A DNA stretch of 64,000 bases, from contig CAXXWX010000016.1 in the NCBI GenBank assembly GCA_963675745.2, positions 96,001 through 160,000 on the forward strand, written 5' to 3'. The position numbers were made by a program, and so were the translations under genes. Of the stretch, positions 39,190 through 49,200 are shown piece by piece. Positions within the stretch are counted from its first letter, which is position 1. Every line of letters starts with the position of its first letter. The notes under the pieces were generated by a model. It did no database searches. It was given only the letters and a program-made list of their open reading frames with translations, and was not told the origin of the DNA. The DNA is from Phycisphaerae bacterium (lineage in GTDB: Bacteria > Planctomycetota > Phycisphaerae > UBA1845 > Fen-1342).

Positions 39190-39602
39190 CCGTCTGCTGC
39201 TGGTTTGTTGGTCCGCGGCGCCGCGCTAGCGCGGCCCTGTGGTAATGCGCGCGTCATGCCGCGGATGGTCGGTGGCCATAGCTGCCGGCCGGTGCCCCCT
39301 GCCTCTTGACTTCCCCACCACATCTCCGTGTTTTGCCTGTACCGCCGCACAGAATCGTCGTGGTCGGCGTGCGTCGTGCGCGTTCGTACTTGTTGATAAT
39401 TGTAGCGGACCTGACGTGCGACGGACCTGCGCGCCACAATGTTCGAGCGTGTCCGCGGCGGCGTTGTCGCGCCACCTCGACACAACTGGGATCGAGAACC
39501 ATCAAACACAGCTCGCGCCATGCCCCAATCCGGCGGGGAGATTCGCCAGTGCATCCACGTGGATGGCCAGCGCTGCGGCGCGTTGTACGAGGAGATTGAA
39601 TC

Positions 39603-41702
39603 GTGATCACCAGACTCGGACCCCGGTGGCTGGTGGCGCTGTGCGTCACGCTGCTCTGGCCACCGATCGGACATGCGGATGTCGTGGAGCTGTTCGATGG
39701 CACGCGATACACGAGCGATTCAGTCACGCTGGAGAACGGCGTCGCCAAGCTCGCCGACGGCCGGTCGATTCCCCGGAGTGAGATACGCCAGATCCTGTTC
39801 GACAGCAGCGAAGCCGGCGACAGCGCTGGCGAAGTGCACGCCGGCGATACCGACGTCCAGATGTTGCTGGATCAGGCACAGGCCGCCCGCGAGAAGTACC
39901 CCGATGTCGGCGCCATCCAGCTCATCGATACCGGAGTATGGACGCTACGACCCGACGGAACACAGTTACACCGCGAGCACGCGGCGACGCTGATTCTGAA
40001 GGAGCCCTGGAAATCTCTCGGCCGCATTGCGGAGTCATACGAGGACGGGCGCGATCGCGCGACGCTCGTGCGGGCCCGGACGATCTCGCCTGAGGGTGAC
40101 GTCTACGATTTCGACCCGGCGGAGCTGAAGGAAGCCAAGCCGACCGGCGGAATGGAGTATTTCCAGCCGTACAAGACGGTTACCGGGCAACTGCCCAACG
40201 TCGAGACGGGGTCTATCGTCGAGACGATCTGGGAGGTGGAGACGTACAACCCCTATGACAAGGAGTTGTTCTTCCCACGGTGGTATTTCGGCGGTACGGA
40301 ACCAAACCTGGACAGCCGTGTGACCATCCGCGTGCCGCGCGGGCGCGGGCTTTACTACAAGGCCTACAACTTCGGCGACCGCAATGCGGACCCCAAGCAA
40401 TGGGATGAGGATGATTACCACGTCTATCAGTGGGAACTGAGTGACGTCGAGTACATCGTCTCGGAACCGATCATGCCGCCGGTAGCCACGGTCGTGCCGC
40501 ATGTGGTCGCATCGCTGCACAAGGATTGGGACCACATTTACGACTACCTCGGACGGATGCAACGCGAGCACACGCAGGTTACCCCCGAAATCGAGCAGGC
40601 CGTCGCCGAGATCATCGGCGATAGCACCGACAAAGAGGAGATCATCGCGAAGATCTACCATTGGCTGCAGCGCGAGATACGTTATATCTCGATCAAAGGC
40701 AGTCTCGGCTCGGGCTGGTCGGGGCATCCGGCGACGCTGACACTCAAGAACAAATACGGGGACTGCATCGACAAGGCGACGCTCTTTGCCACCATGCTCA
40801 AGGCCGCCCAGATCAAGGCCGAGCCGGTCGTGTTGGCGACCTACAGCATGCCCGACGATGACCGTGAGATCCCAAGCCTGTGGGGGAATCACGCGATCAC
40901 GGAAGTTCACCTCGGCGATCGCTCGTTCCATCTGGACTGCACGGGCACGTCCTTCCGCTATCCCTATCTGCCGATGCTCGACCACGGTGTCACGACAATC
41001 AACATGCTCGAGCGCAAGATCGGACGGGTCGAAGTGCCGCGCGCGGATCAAAACGCGATCAGCTTGAACGTGCGGATGAAGCTGGAAGACAACGGCGACG
41101 TGAAGGCCGTTATCAAGATCGACAGTAACGGAAGCGCGGAAGGTTTCGCGCGCCAGGGCCTGGAGCAGATCAACAAGCTGCTGCGCAAGACAGTCGCCCA
41201 ACAGGTAATCAACTCCTGGTCGCCGGGTGCCGAGCTGAAGCAGATCAAGGTCAGCGATGACGCCGATCTGGAGACGCCACTGGAGATCACCCTCAAAATC
41301 CTGCTGCCGGATTATCCGTCGCGGGCCGGTGACCTGATGATTTTGAAGCTGCCGCTGGCGGATCTGACCAAGTCGATGGCGGCCATTGCAGCGCTGCAGC
41401 AGCGTGAGTTCGACATCCTGATGCCCTCGACGATGTCGCTGCGGCAGAACATCCGCGTTGATCTGCCCGCGGGCTACACCTCGAAGGGCCTGCCGGAGGA
41501 TGCGCACCTCGAAACACCCTACACGAGCTATGACGCCAGCTATCGCCTCGAGGACGGCGCGATCGTCTTCGAGGACAACCTGAGCCTTAACGCGCGCTCG
41601 ATCCCGCATGAGGACTATGGGGAATTCAGACGCTTCATGCAGGCCTTCAGCGACTATGCCAGGGTCCCGCTCTTCATCGCCAAGACGGAGGACGAGCTAT
41701 GA
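39603..41702 (+). CDS. Secreted DUF3857 + transglutaminase-like domain protein (catalytic Cys/His/Asp present)
   Basis: Signal peptide; IRYISI...YGDCIDKATL...GNHAIT...HLDCT. Confidence 0.85.
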   Translation: MITRLGPRWLVALCVTLLWPPIGHADVVELFDGTRYTSDSVTLENGVAKLADGRSIPRSEIRQILFDSSEAGDSAGEVHAGDTDVQMLLDQAQAAREKYPDVGAIQLIDTGVWTLRPDGTQLHREHAATLILKEPWKSLGRIAESYEDGRDRATLVRARTISPEGDVYDFDPAELKEAKPTGGMEYFQPYKTVTGQLPNVETGSIVETIWEVETYNPYDKELFFPRWYFGGTEPNLDSRVTIRVPRGRGLYYKAYNFGDRNADPKQWDEDDYHVYQWELSDVEYIVSEPIMPPVATVVPHVVASLHKDWDHIYDYLGRMQREHTQVTPEIEQAVAEIIGDSTDKEEIIAKIYHWLQREIRYISIKGSLGSGWSGHPATLTLKNKYGDCIDKATLFATMLKAAQIKAEPVVLATYSMPDDDREIPSLWGNHAITEVHLGDRSFHLDCTGTSFRYPYLPMLDHGVTTINMLERKIGRVEVPRADQNAISLNVRMKLEDNGDVKAVIKIDSNGSAEGFARQGLEQINKLLRKTVAQQVINSWSPGAELKQIKVSDDADLETPLEITLKILLPDYPSRAGDLMILKLPLADLTKSMAAIAALQQREFDILMPSTMSLRQNIRVDLPAGYTSKGLPEDAHLETPYTSYDASYRLEDGAIVFEDNLSLNARSIPHEDYGEFRRFMQAFSDYARVPLFIAKTEDEL

Positions 41703-43795
41703 TGCGACGCGTGCTCTATCTCGCGCTAATACCGGCGGTGGCCATAGGCACTACGGCCGGAAACGACGTCCTCTATCTGCTGGACGGTCACGAGCATGTC
41801 GGCCAGTTGCTCAGTGTCACGCCGGACGAGGTCATCTTTCAACTTGACGGCGACGATGCTCCGACCACGTTTGCCCAGGCGCGCGTTCAGCGAATCGACC
41901 TGAGCAAGCGGCGCGTCGGTGATGAGATCACCAACGTAGATCAACTCGATGACCCGCTGCTGCAACGCCTGATTGAGGATCAGCCGCTGAAGGTCTTTTA
42001 CCCCGATTCGGGTTACGTGACGCTGTATCGCGTGCGTGACTACACGCTCGACGAGGACGGCTCGTATACATGTCGTGAGCGCCGCGTGGAGAAGATCCTG
42101 CTCGAACGGGGAAAGTCGCGCGCCAACGTGGCTCGGTATTTCAAGAAGGGTGAGCAGACGCTTGACATCGATTTCGCGCGTACGGTTAACCCGGACGGCT
42201 CGATCACACCAATCTCCGACTCCGCCGTGGATGTCTCCAGCGTAAACGCGGACACGCCGGAGTATGAGAAGCTGTACCAGGTGAAGTTCGCGATGAAACA
42301 GGTCAAGGAAGGGTCGATCATCGACTGGCAGATCACGCGGCGGTATGCCCCGACTGATCTGCTGGATTCGTTTCACACCTCAGTCTTGTTCCAGGAGGAT
42401 GAGCCGATCATCGAGGCGGAGCTGATTGTCCGCGCGCCACACGGACGCTCGGTGGCGCTGCGCGAAGATCGGCTGCGTGACAACATCACGTATGGCAGCG
42501 AGGAAACGGACACACACGTTGTCCACCACTGGGTGGCCACGCAATGCCCGCGCGTCGTCCCCGAGCCGCTCATGCCGCCGGACAACGACTTCTATCCTTG
42601 CGTGACCGTCGCCGAACAGGCGTCGTGGGAGGCGATCGGCGATGCCTATGCGGCGGCCCTGCGGCCAAACGAGACCCCGTCAGCAGCCATTCAAGCGCAG
42701 GTCGCCACGTTGATAGCCGATCTCGACGATCCGGAGCAACGCGCCAAAGCGGTCTACCACTACTTCATCGAGGCGATTCACCAACAGCACATCTCGCCCG
42801 GGGAATACAGCTATGTACCGCACCCGGTCGGCGAGGTGTTCGAACGGCGGGCCGGCAATTCAATCGACAAGTGCCTGCTCTTGTGCGTCATGCTGCGTGA
42901 GGCCGGTGTGCCCGCTTCCATGGTGCTGACGCGCGCGCAGGGCTGGGGCCGGCTTGTCGAGGATATCCCCGGCATTACGCAGTTTGACAGCGCGCTGGTG
43001 GCGGTCGACCTGCCCACGGAGCGCGTCTACCTGCCGGTCACGCGCGACACGCTCCGTTTCGGACAATTGCCCAGCGGATATCAGGGCACACGCGGCCTGC
43101 TGGTGAACGAAAGCGGCGGTCAGCTTGTCGACATACCGCTGAAAGCGCCCGATGAAGAGCTGCACGCGATTGCATTTGAGATGCGGCTGGACGCGAGCGG
43201 CGATATGCATGTCGTGCGCACCGACACCTTTGCGGGCAATGTCGAGGCCGGCCGGCGCAGCGGCTGGAAGGACCGCAAGGACGAGGATTTGCGGCGTGGC
43301 TTTGAGATGGCGATCTCAACCGAAAACCCCAAGGCCCACCTCACCGACTATCGGATTGATAACCTGCACGACGTGACCAAACCGTTGCGGCTCGTCCAGG
43401 AATACACGCTCGAAGGCTACGCCATGCGCGCCGGTGACGATTTGCTGGTGTTTCAACTGCCAACGCTGGACTACACGGCGGGCAGCGTCGGCAAACCGGC
43501 ACGCGATTACCCGATGCGCTGGTACGTACGGAGCAAAACCACGCGCGACATGACGATCACGATTCCCCCGGGATTCAAGGTGTACCACGCCGGCACAGAC
43601 TACGAAGCGGATTGTGGGATTGTGTCGTTCGTCGCGCGTTTCACGACGTCCGACGACGGCATCAGCTATCACGATGAGTTCGTGCAGCACGAACTGGAGG
43701 CGTCGCGCAAGCGATATGGCAGTTACAAGGCCTGCATGGAGACGCGGGCGCGCGTGCCGAAGGAGTGGATCGTCCTGGAACGTGCCGAGGATTGA
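41699..43795 (+). CDS. DUF3857 + transglutaminase-like paralog, catalytically degenerate
   Basis: ATGA overlap with the upstream gene; same architecture but AGNSIDKCLL and QFDSALV replace GDC and NH. Confidence 0.8.
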   Translation: MMRRVLYLALIPAVAIGTTAGNDVLYLLDGHEHVGQLLSVTPDEVIFQLDGDDAPTTFAQARVQRIDLSKRRVGDEITNVDQLDDPLLQRLIEDQPLKVFYPDSGYVTLYRVRDYTLDEDGSYTCRERRVEKILLERGKSRANVARYFKKGEQTLDIDFARTVNPDGSITPISDSAVDVSSVNADTPEYEKLYQVKFAMKQVKEGSIIDWQITRRYAPTDLLDSFHTSVLFQEDEPIIEAELIVRAPHGRSVALREDRLRDNITYGSEETDTHVVHHWVATQCPRVVPEPLMPPDNDFYPCVTVAEQASWEAIGDAYAAALRPNETPSAAIQAQVATLIADLDDPEQRAKAVYHYFIEAIHQQHISPGEYSYVPHPVGEVFERRAGNSIDKCLLLCVMLREAGVPASMVLTRAQGWGRLVEDIPGITQFDSALVAVDLPTERVYLPVTRDTLRFGQLPSGYQGTRGLLVNESGGQLVDIPLKAPDEELHAIAFEMRLDASGDMHVVRTDTFAGNVEAGRRSGWKDRKDEDLRRGFEMAISTENPKAHLTDYRIDNLHDVTKPLRLVQEYTLEGYAMRAGDDLLVFQLPTLDYTAGSVGKPARDYPMRWYVRSKTTRDMTITIPPGFKVYHAGTDYEADCGIVSFVARFTTSDDGISYHDEFVQHELEASRKRYGSYKACMETRARVPKEWIVLERAED

Positions 43796-43900
43796 CCGGA
43801 CTCGTCGGGCCCGCACTGCAACCCGGCCACCTGGCGGCGCGTACAAGACCGGGAACCCGCGGCGAGGCAACGCGCCACAAGTGAAAACGCGCTCGTCGCC

Positions 43901-45685
43901 TTACTCGCTCACCGTGACATGAACGTGCTCCATGGTGATGTCCGGCACGTTCCAGCCTTTTTGCTGCATCAGCTCGTGGAAGGCCCGCCGGAACTTCAGC
44001 GACACCTCAACGTTAACGTCGCCGGCCAGACCAACACCGAAGCTGTAAGTGCTGGTGTCCGTGGCCAATGCGGGTATGCGATTGTCGCTTAGCACGCGTG
44101 TTGGGTTCCAGTAGGCGCCGGTCGGGGAGACTTCAGTCCAAAGCTCCTCGAGCACCTTGGCAAAGGCGCGGCCAGGCAAGCCGCCATAGCAGCCGTCAGC
44201 CGGGTCGCCGATACCGCACCAATCAGGCAGCTTCGGGCCATCGACCAGCTCGAGGACGCTCCCCGCCGCATCGGTTGCGTTGACGCGCAATATCATGTGT
44301 CTCAACGGCGAACCGGTTGGAACGTGGTGTCCGGTCTGGTCGTTTGTTATTTGCACCGTTACGACGACTGTCTCTCCGCTGCGGCAGGTGGAAACATCCA
44401 TCGTCACAGCGTTGCGAAGCAACTCCTCATCGGCCGCGCCTGGTTGGGTATGGGCGTGAATCGTCATCGGATCCCGCTCAACTCCCCCCGCTCCCGGTGC
44501 GACGTTGGTCAGGATCTCGTTGTCCAGAGTCGATGGTGACGGCATGTGGCAGTCCTGACATGTTCGGCCGCCGGTTTCGTCGCTATACGGGCTTGCCAAC
44601 CATTCGCCAAACGAGTTGTAGACTACCACGTTCCAGAAAACCCCATGGTGACACGGCGCGCAAAACCGGCTCTCCTCCAGAAGCGGAAGATACGTGTCTT
44701 CCTCGGGCACGTTGTCGTCGTCGAACGTGCCGAAGAAGAGTTGTGCCCGTTCAGGGTCTTGAGGGAAAGGACGCCGGATGTCCATCGACATCACACCGGG
44801 CATGTTCGCGTAGGGCAGGCCAGTGGTCGGGTCGATGAGCACATCGGCGGTCTTGTGGCATAGATCGCAATGTACGCCGAATGTGTCCGCACCGCTGACC
44901 GTGTTGGGATTGGTGCCGTACGGGCTTGCAATGGCTGCGCCCGGAGTATGGCACGCCGCGCAGTTCCCCGCCGAGTCCGGGAAGTCGAGCGCGTGCCCCG
45001 GGCCGTAGTAGGGCTGGGCGGGATCCGGTGGCAAAGGGACGCGACCGTAATCGCGGCTGGAGACGTACCGTGTAACCGGACTCTGTCGACCGCTCAGGTC
45101 GACGCCGTTGTACATGCTCAAGAAGCGTGGGTTGCGCGCGGCGTTCGCGTGAGCGTTGTCCAGCCAAATCCGCGTCACGCCGGGCTTGCAGGTCGCGCAT
45201 GACGTCTCGCCAACGGGCGGCATCCACTCGTATTCGGGGTTGTCATCGGTCTGGTAGCGGTGGAGAGTGAGCACGACGTCGTCAGCCGGCGGCGTGATAC
45301 CCTCAACCTTGGCGCAGTAGTACCCGCGCTTCCACGCGCTGACGGTAACTTCCGCGAGATCTTGAACGTCGCCACTGAAATTGGTCAGCAGGAAGCGGCC
45401 GCTCTCGTCGCTGTTCGTGGTGTGCTTTGTGGCCTGAACACGGACGATTGCGTCGACGGCGGGTCCGGCTTCGTCCTGCACCACACCACGGATGTACGGC
45501 CGGGCGCCGCCCACCTTGCCAGGAGGTTGCTGCGCATCCGGCGATTGCTCCAATCGGCAGGCGCCGTGCAAGAGCAACGCCACGGTTACGCCGCAAACCA
45601 GCAGGCCGCCGGCCCGGCTAGCGCGGTAGTTGATCCGCGCGCCACGCCACTCCGTTTCGGAATTAACCCCAATACGGTGCATCAT
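43901..45685 (-). CDS. Multiheme c-type cytochrome with N-terminal carboxypeptidase-regulatory-like domain, probable lipoprotein
   Basis: LHGA-C lipobox; CAACH, CDLCH, CAPCH, CQDCH plus CATCK; GHHVPTG. Confidence 0.85.
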   Translation of the reverse strand: MMHRIGVNSETEWRGARINYRASRAGGLLVCGVTVALLLHGACRLEQSPDAQQPPGKVGGARPYIRGVVQDEAGPAVDAIVRVQATKHTTNSDESGRFLLTNFSGDVQDLAEVTVSAWKRGYYCAKVEGITPPADDVVLTLHRYQTDDNPEYEWMPPVGETSCATCKPGVTRIWLDNAHANAARNPRFLSMYNGVDLSGRQSPVTRYVSSRDYGRVPLPPDPAQPYYGPGHALDFPDSAGNCAACHTPGAAIASPYGTNPNTVSGADTFGVHCDLCHKTADVLIDPTTGLPYANMPGVMSMDIRRPFPQDPERAQLFFGTFDDDNVPEEDTYLPLLEESRFCAPCHHGVFWNVVVYNSFGEWLASPYSDETGGRTCQDCHMPSPSTLDNEILTNVAPGAGGVERDPMTIHAHTQPGAADEELLRNAVTMDVSTCRSGETVVVTVQITNDQTGHHVPTGSPLRHMILRVNATDAAGSVLELVDGPKLPDWCGIGDPADGCYGGLPGRAFAKVLEELWTEVSPTGAYWNPTRVLSDNRIPALATDTSTYSFGVGLAGDVNVEVSLKFRRAFHELMQQKGWNVPDITMEHVHVTVSE

Positions 45686-48600
45686 TGCCGCCTACACTTT
45701 CCCCGGGCGACGCCCCACAGCACCAGGCAGGTGATGAGCCCGGCAATTGCCACGGCGCCGCAGACACTGCCACCGCCAGTTGGCGCTACGCCGCCCTCCA
45801 TTGCGTTCTCGCCCGGTGAGTCTGTCGCGCCATCACCGGCAGCGGCGTCGCTCGGAGTCGCCGGTTCCTCACCTTCACCAGATCCGTCAACCGGAGTCTC
45901 TGGTCCTCCGTCGTCGTTGGTGCCACCTGGATCTTCTGATCCATCGTCATCGTTGGGGTCAGTTTCTGATGGCTCAGGCTCTTCTTCGTCTGAGGGCTCG
46001 TCCCCCGGCGGGCCGGGTTCCTCGCCATCATCTTCACCATCCCCAGGCGGGTCGGGTTCGTCGCCGTCATCTCCACCATCTTCGGGCGGCTCGGGGTCTG
46101 GCGGTGATGGGTGCTCCGGCCAGGCCGCGTCCGCCGGCGGCTGACCATCAATATCCAGTCGATACACTCCGCCGCCCTCGGTTCCGGCATACAGGTGCTT
46201 GCCATCGGATGAGATGTCCAAATCGTTAATGTCGCGACAGCCCAGCCCCGTCGTAGCGAGGCGCCAGTGCGCACCTCCATCAGTGGAGCGATATACGCCG
46301 GTGAATCGATCCGCGGCAAAGACTGTTTCGGGATTGATTGGATCAAAGACGATGTCGGAGACCATGGCATGTGGATCCAGGCCCGCCCCCGAGAATTGCC
46401 AGGTATTCCCGCCGTCAAGGCTGCTATACACACCAGCGTCGCACAGGCCAGCCAACACGGCGTTGGAGTGCAGCGGTTGAATTGCCACCGCAAGGGCACA
46501 AGACGAGCCTGGCATGCCGGTAGCAAGCGTGTGCCAACTCTGGCCCCCATCCAGTGTTTTCAGGAGACCGTGGTTACCGGTTGCCGCATAGACAATCAGC
46601 GGGTCGTCAGGGTCCACGGCCAGCGCCGTAACACCGGCGTCAGCCGAGAGCATGTCGTTGGCTTCCGCCCAAGTGGCGCCGCCGTCGTTGGACACGAAGA
46701 TTCCGGCCGCCGACATCTGATCATCGAAGGTCCCCGCGGAGTAATAAGCCGCTGTCCCGGCGTACACCACGCTTGGTAACGACTTCGCGAAGGCGATCAC
46801 TCTCCACGCGACGTTCGTACGCGGCGGGCCACTGACGCTATGCCAAGTCGTGCCGCGATCGCGGGTTTCCAATACAGAGTTCTCCCAGTTGTTAGCCGCG
46901 AGCACGTGCGCGGGGTCGGAAGGATCGCATGCCACGGCATACCACTCCAGGCTCGCGTGTGGCGCGTAGGCCCGCCCGACCCAGTCTTCCCCGGCGTTCG
47001 GGCTGATAAAGATTCCGCTGCGAGCGGCGGCAAACACGCGCCCCGGCGCATGCGGGTCAACCGCGATCGCGCGCACCTGGGCGCCGGTATAGCCCTTGCT
47101 GGCAGTCACCCAACTCACGCCGCCATCAGAACTCATGAAATTGCCGCCGCCGTAGTTGTTGGCGAACAAGCAGTCCGGGTCGTCCGGGTCCACCTGAAAA
47201 TCGATGGGGAAACCTGCCCGGATTCCGAGGGGTCCCCACCCCCCCTCATCACCGGCGACCACGTGCCAGGTGTGTCCACCGTCCTCGCTGCGATAAACGG
47301 ATTCTGATCCGGCGGCGTAGGCGATGTTGGGGTCAGACTGAGCGAACTCAACAGATTCAATCAGCGCGTATTCCGGCGCGAGCACATGTTCCCACGTCTC
47401 CGCCCCATTTGTTGTCAGGTATGCACCCGCGCCGGCCGAATACCCCACGTGGCCGGTACCAGCTAGCAGCGTGTCAGGATTAACCGGGTGCATGAAGAGC
47501 GACCCAACGTAGAGACTGTTCAGCCCGGCATTAACTTCGACCCACGATTGGCCGCCGTCGGTGCTTTTGATCACACCGACGCCTCCGGCGTAGCCTGTCA
47601 CCGGATCAGAGTTGGCTGCCTCGCGGTCGAATATGCCGGTTGAGACGTAGAGAACACGCGTGTCGTGTGGGTTTATCAGGATGTAGCGAGCCAGGTTGTC
47701 GCCGCGCCATACCGCCTCCCAGTTCTCACCGCCATCGGTGGTCTTGTAGACCACGCCCTTGGTCAGGTCGAACTCGCGCCCCATGCGGTTTTCACCAGCC
47801 CAACCCCAACTGGATATTTCCGCGGCGGCGTAGACTGTATCCGGCGACGTCGGGTCCACCGCGAATCCGCGAAAGCTGATGCTGTTGCTTTCCACAACAC
47901 CGTTGTCCCTGCGCTCCCACGTCGAACCAGCATCGTCTGAGCGGTATATCCCGCGAACGCCGCTGGTGCCAATCCATATAACGTCCGGGTTGGTCGGGTC
48001 GATTGTCAGGCAGAAGATCGGTATGGCGTCCCCGGAAATCCCGACACGCGTGTTGATCCCCTCGTTGGCTGACTGCCACGTCTGCCCACGGTCAGTGCTG
48101 ACAAACACCCCGGCAAACGCGTCTGTCACGTAGATATGATCCGGGCGGTCCGGCCGCATGCGTATGTCATAACCCAGCCCGCCCGGTGGCCCCCCGGTCC
48201 TCTGCCAGACCAGCCCGGTCACCGGCGCCTCGGATTCGGGGCCGAAAACCTGCACATCATCGATCCACACCCGCGCGTCAAAGGCCTCGAATGAAATGCC
48301 ACCGCTGGTCAACGCAAGTGGGTCGTCGTATGAGAAGAGCTCCACATCGTCCAGGGAAACGGATATCGACGCGCCTTGTCCGTCAATGTCCAGCGTGTGC
48401 CAGACACCGTATGGCACGCCGCTTCCTGTGGCCAGATGTTCAACAAATGCGCCGTCTCCCACCTGCTTGTGGAGAATGGTGGATTCTTCGCGCAGGGCTA
48501 CGAAGTATCGCGTGAAGCCGGTATGCCTGTAGCTGACGTGCGCCAGGTCGCCTTCAAGCTTGAGGCGGCAGCGCAGCAGGGAGTCGGCCCAGGTGCTGTG

Positions 48601-48906
48601 TGAGTATCCGCAATGCGTGTGGCCGGTCCCATCGGCGAGCAGGGTGAAACCCGTGTCAGCCGGTGCCGGTGCCCATCCGTCGTTCAGCCACCAATCGACC
48701 GCCATTCCGCTGTCAAAGTCCTCGGCGTAGAGCAACGAGTCATTGGATCCCGACGCCGGGGCGGCAGCGCTGAAACAAACGCACAAAGCGACCGACAGAT
48801 ACAGCCCGCGCTCACCGGCCGGCCAGCGCCACGCACTTCTCGCCGGCGTGCCGGCGCGCTTGGATCCCGGCCGGCGTATCCTGTTGACCTGATGACACCG
48901 AGACAT
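45682..48906 (-). CDS. Large BNR/VPS10-type beta-propeller surface protein with DUF1080-like N-terminus, acidic Pro linker and Cys-Gly-TM-basic tail
   Basis: Many S.DGG.TW Asp-box repeats; GGAGGG RBS before MSRCHQ; C-terminus GGSVCGAVAIAGLITCLVLWGVARGKCRRQ. Confidence 0.85.
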   Translation of the reverse strand: MSRCHQVNRIRRPGSKRAGTPARSAWRWPAGERGLYLSVALCVCFSAAAPASGSNDSLLYAEDFDSGMAVDWWLNDGWAPAPADTGFTLLADGTGHTHCGYSHSTWADSLLRCRLKLEGDLAHVSYRHTGFTRYFVALREESTILHKQVGDGAFVEHLATGSGVPYGVWHTLDIDGQGASISVSLDDVELFSYDDPLALTSGGISFEAFDARVWIDDVQVFGPESEAPVTGLVWQRTGGPPGGLGYDIRMRPDRPDHIYVTDAFAGVFVSTDRGQTWQSANEGINTRVGISGDAIPIFCLTIDPTNPDVIWIGTSGVRGIYRSDDAGSTWERRDNGVVESNSISFRGFAVDPTSPDTVYAAAEISSWGWAGENRMGREFDLTKGVVYKTTDGGENWEAVWRGDNLARYILINPHDTRVLYVSTGIFDREAANSDPVTGYAGGVGVIKSTDGGQSWVEVNAGLNSLYVGSLFMHPVNPDTLLAGTGHVGYSAGAGAYLTTNGAETWEHVLAPEYALIESVEFAQSDPNIAYAAGSESVYRSEDGGHTWHVVAGDEGGWGPLGIRAGFPIDFQVDPDDPDCLFANNYGGGNFMSSDGGVSWVTASKGYTGAQVRAIAVDPHAPGRVFAAARSGIFISPNAGEDWVGRAYAPHASLEWYAVACDPSDPAHVLAANNWENSVLETRDRGTTWHSVSGPPRTNVAWRVIAFAKSLPSVVYAGTAAYYSAGTFDDQMSAAGIFVSNDGGATWAEANDMLSADAGVTALAVDPDDPLIVYAATGNHGLLKTLDGGQSWHTLATGMPGSSCALAVAIQPLHSNAVLAGLCDAGVYSSLDGGNTWQFSGAGLDPHAMVSDIVFDPINPETVFAADRFTGVYRSTDGGAHWRLATTGLGCRDINDLDISSDGKHLYAGTEGGGVYRLDIDGQPPADAAWPEHPSPPDPEPPEDGGDDGDEPDPPGDGEDDGEEPGPPGDEPSDEEEPEPSETDPNDDDGSEDPGGTNDDGGPETPVDGSGEGEEPATPSDAAAGDGATDSPGENAMEGGVAPTGGGSVCGAVAIAGLITCLVLWGVARGKCRRQ

Positions 48907-49200
48907 CTTGTACCCTCCGTTGCGCAACCACCCGCTTGAGCCCGGCTGGCATGCGTGCATTCATGGCAACGTGGCCACGAGGCGGGCCTGCACCTCCCAT
49001 CTTCACATTAATCATTGGCTGACGGCGCTGCAACCTAACCAACGAATAGCGCATACAAGAGCGGGAGCCTGCGGTCTAATTGGGGCCAGACGTGTGAATT
49101 GGGCTGGCACGTGGCAAATGACCTGTTATATTACTAACAGGCTGAGCCGCGGCGCGCCGTAGCGATCGGCGGCACTGCGCGGACGGATAGGCAGGTGATT

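Noticed and set aside
40035..41609. 524-aa minus-strand ORF, and similar long antisense ORFs (2495-3619, 7976-8914, 33867-35213, 62626-63954)
   Set aside because: These are shadow ORFs opposite well-supported genes, expected at high GC, with no recognisable motifs.
43901..45685. Calling the cytochrome NrfA
   Set aside because: Only the CxxCK-plus-four-CxxCH count matches; motif spacing, domain architecture and gene context (no nrfH) do not.
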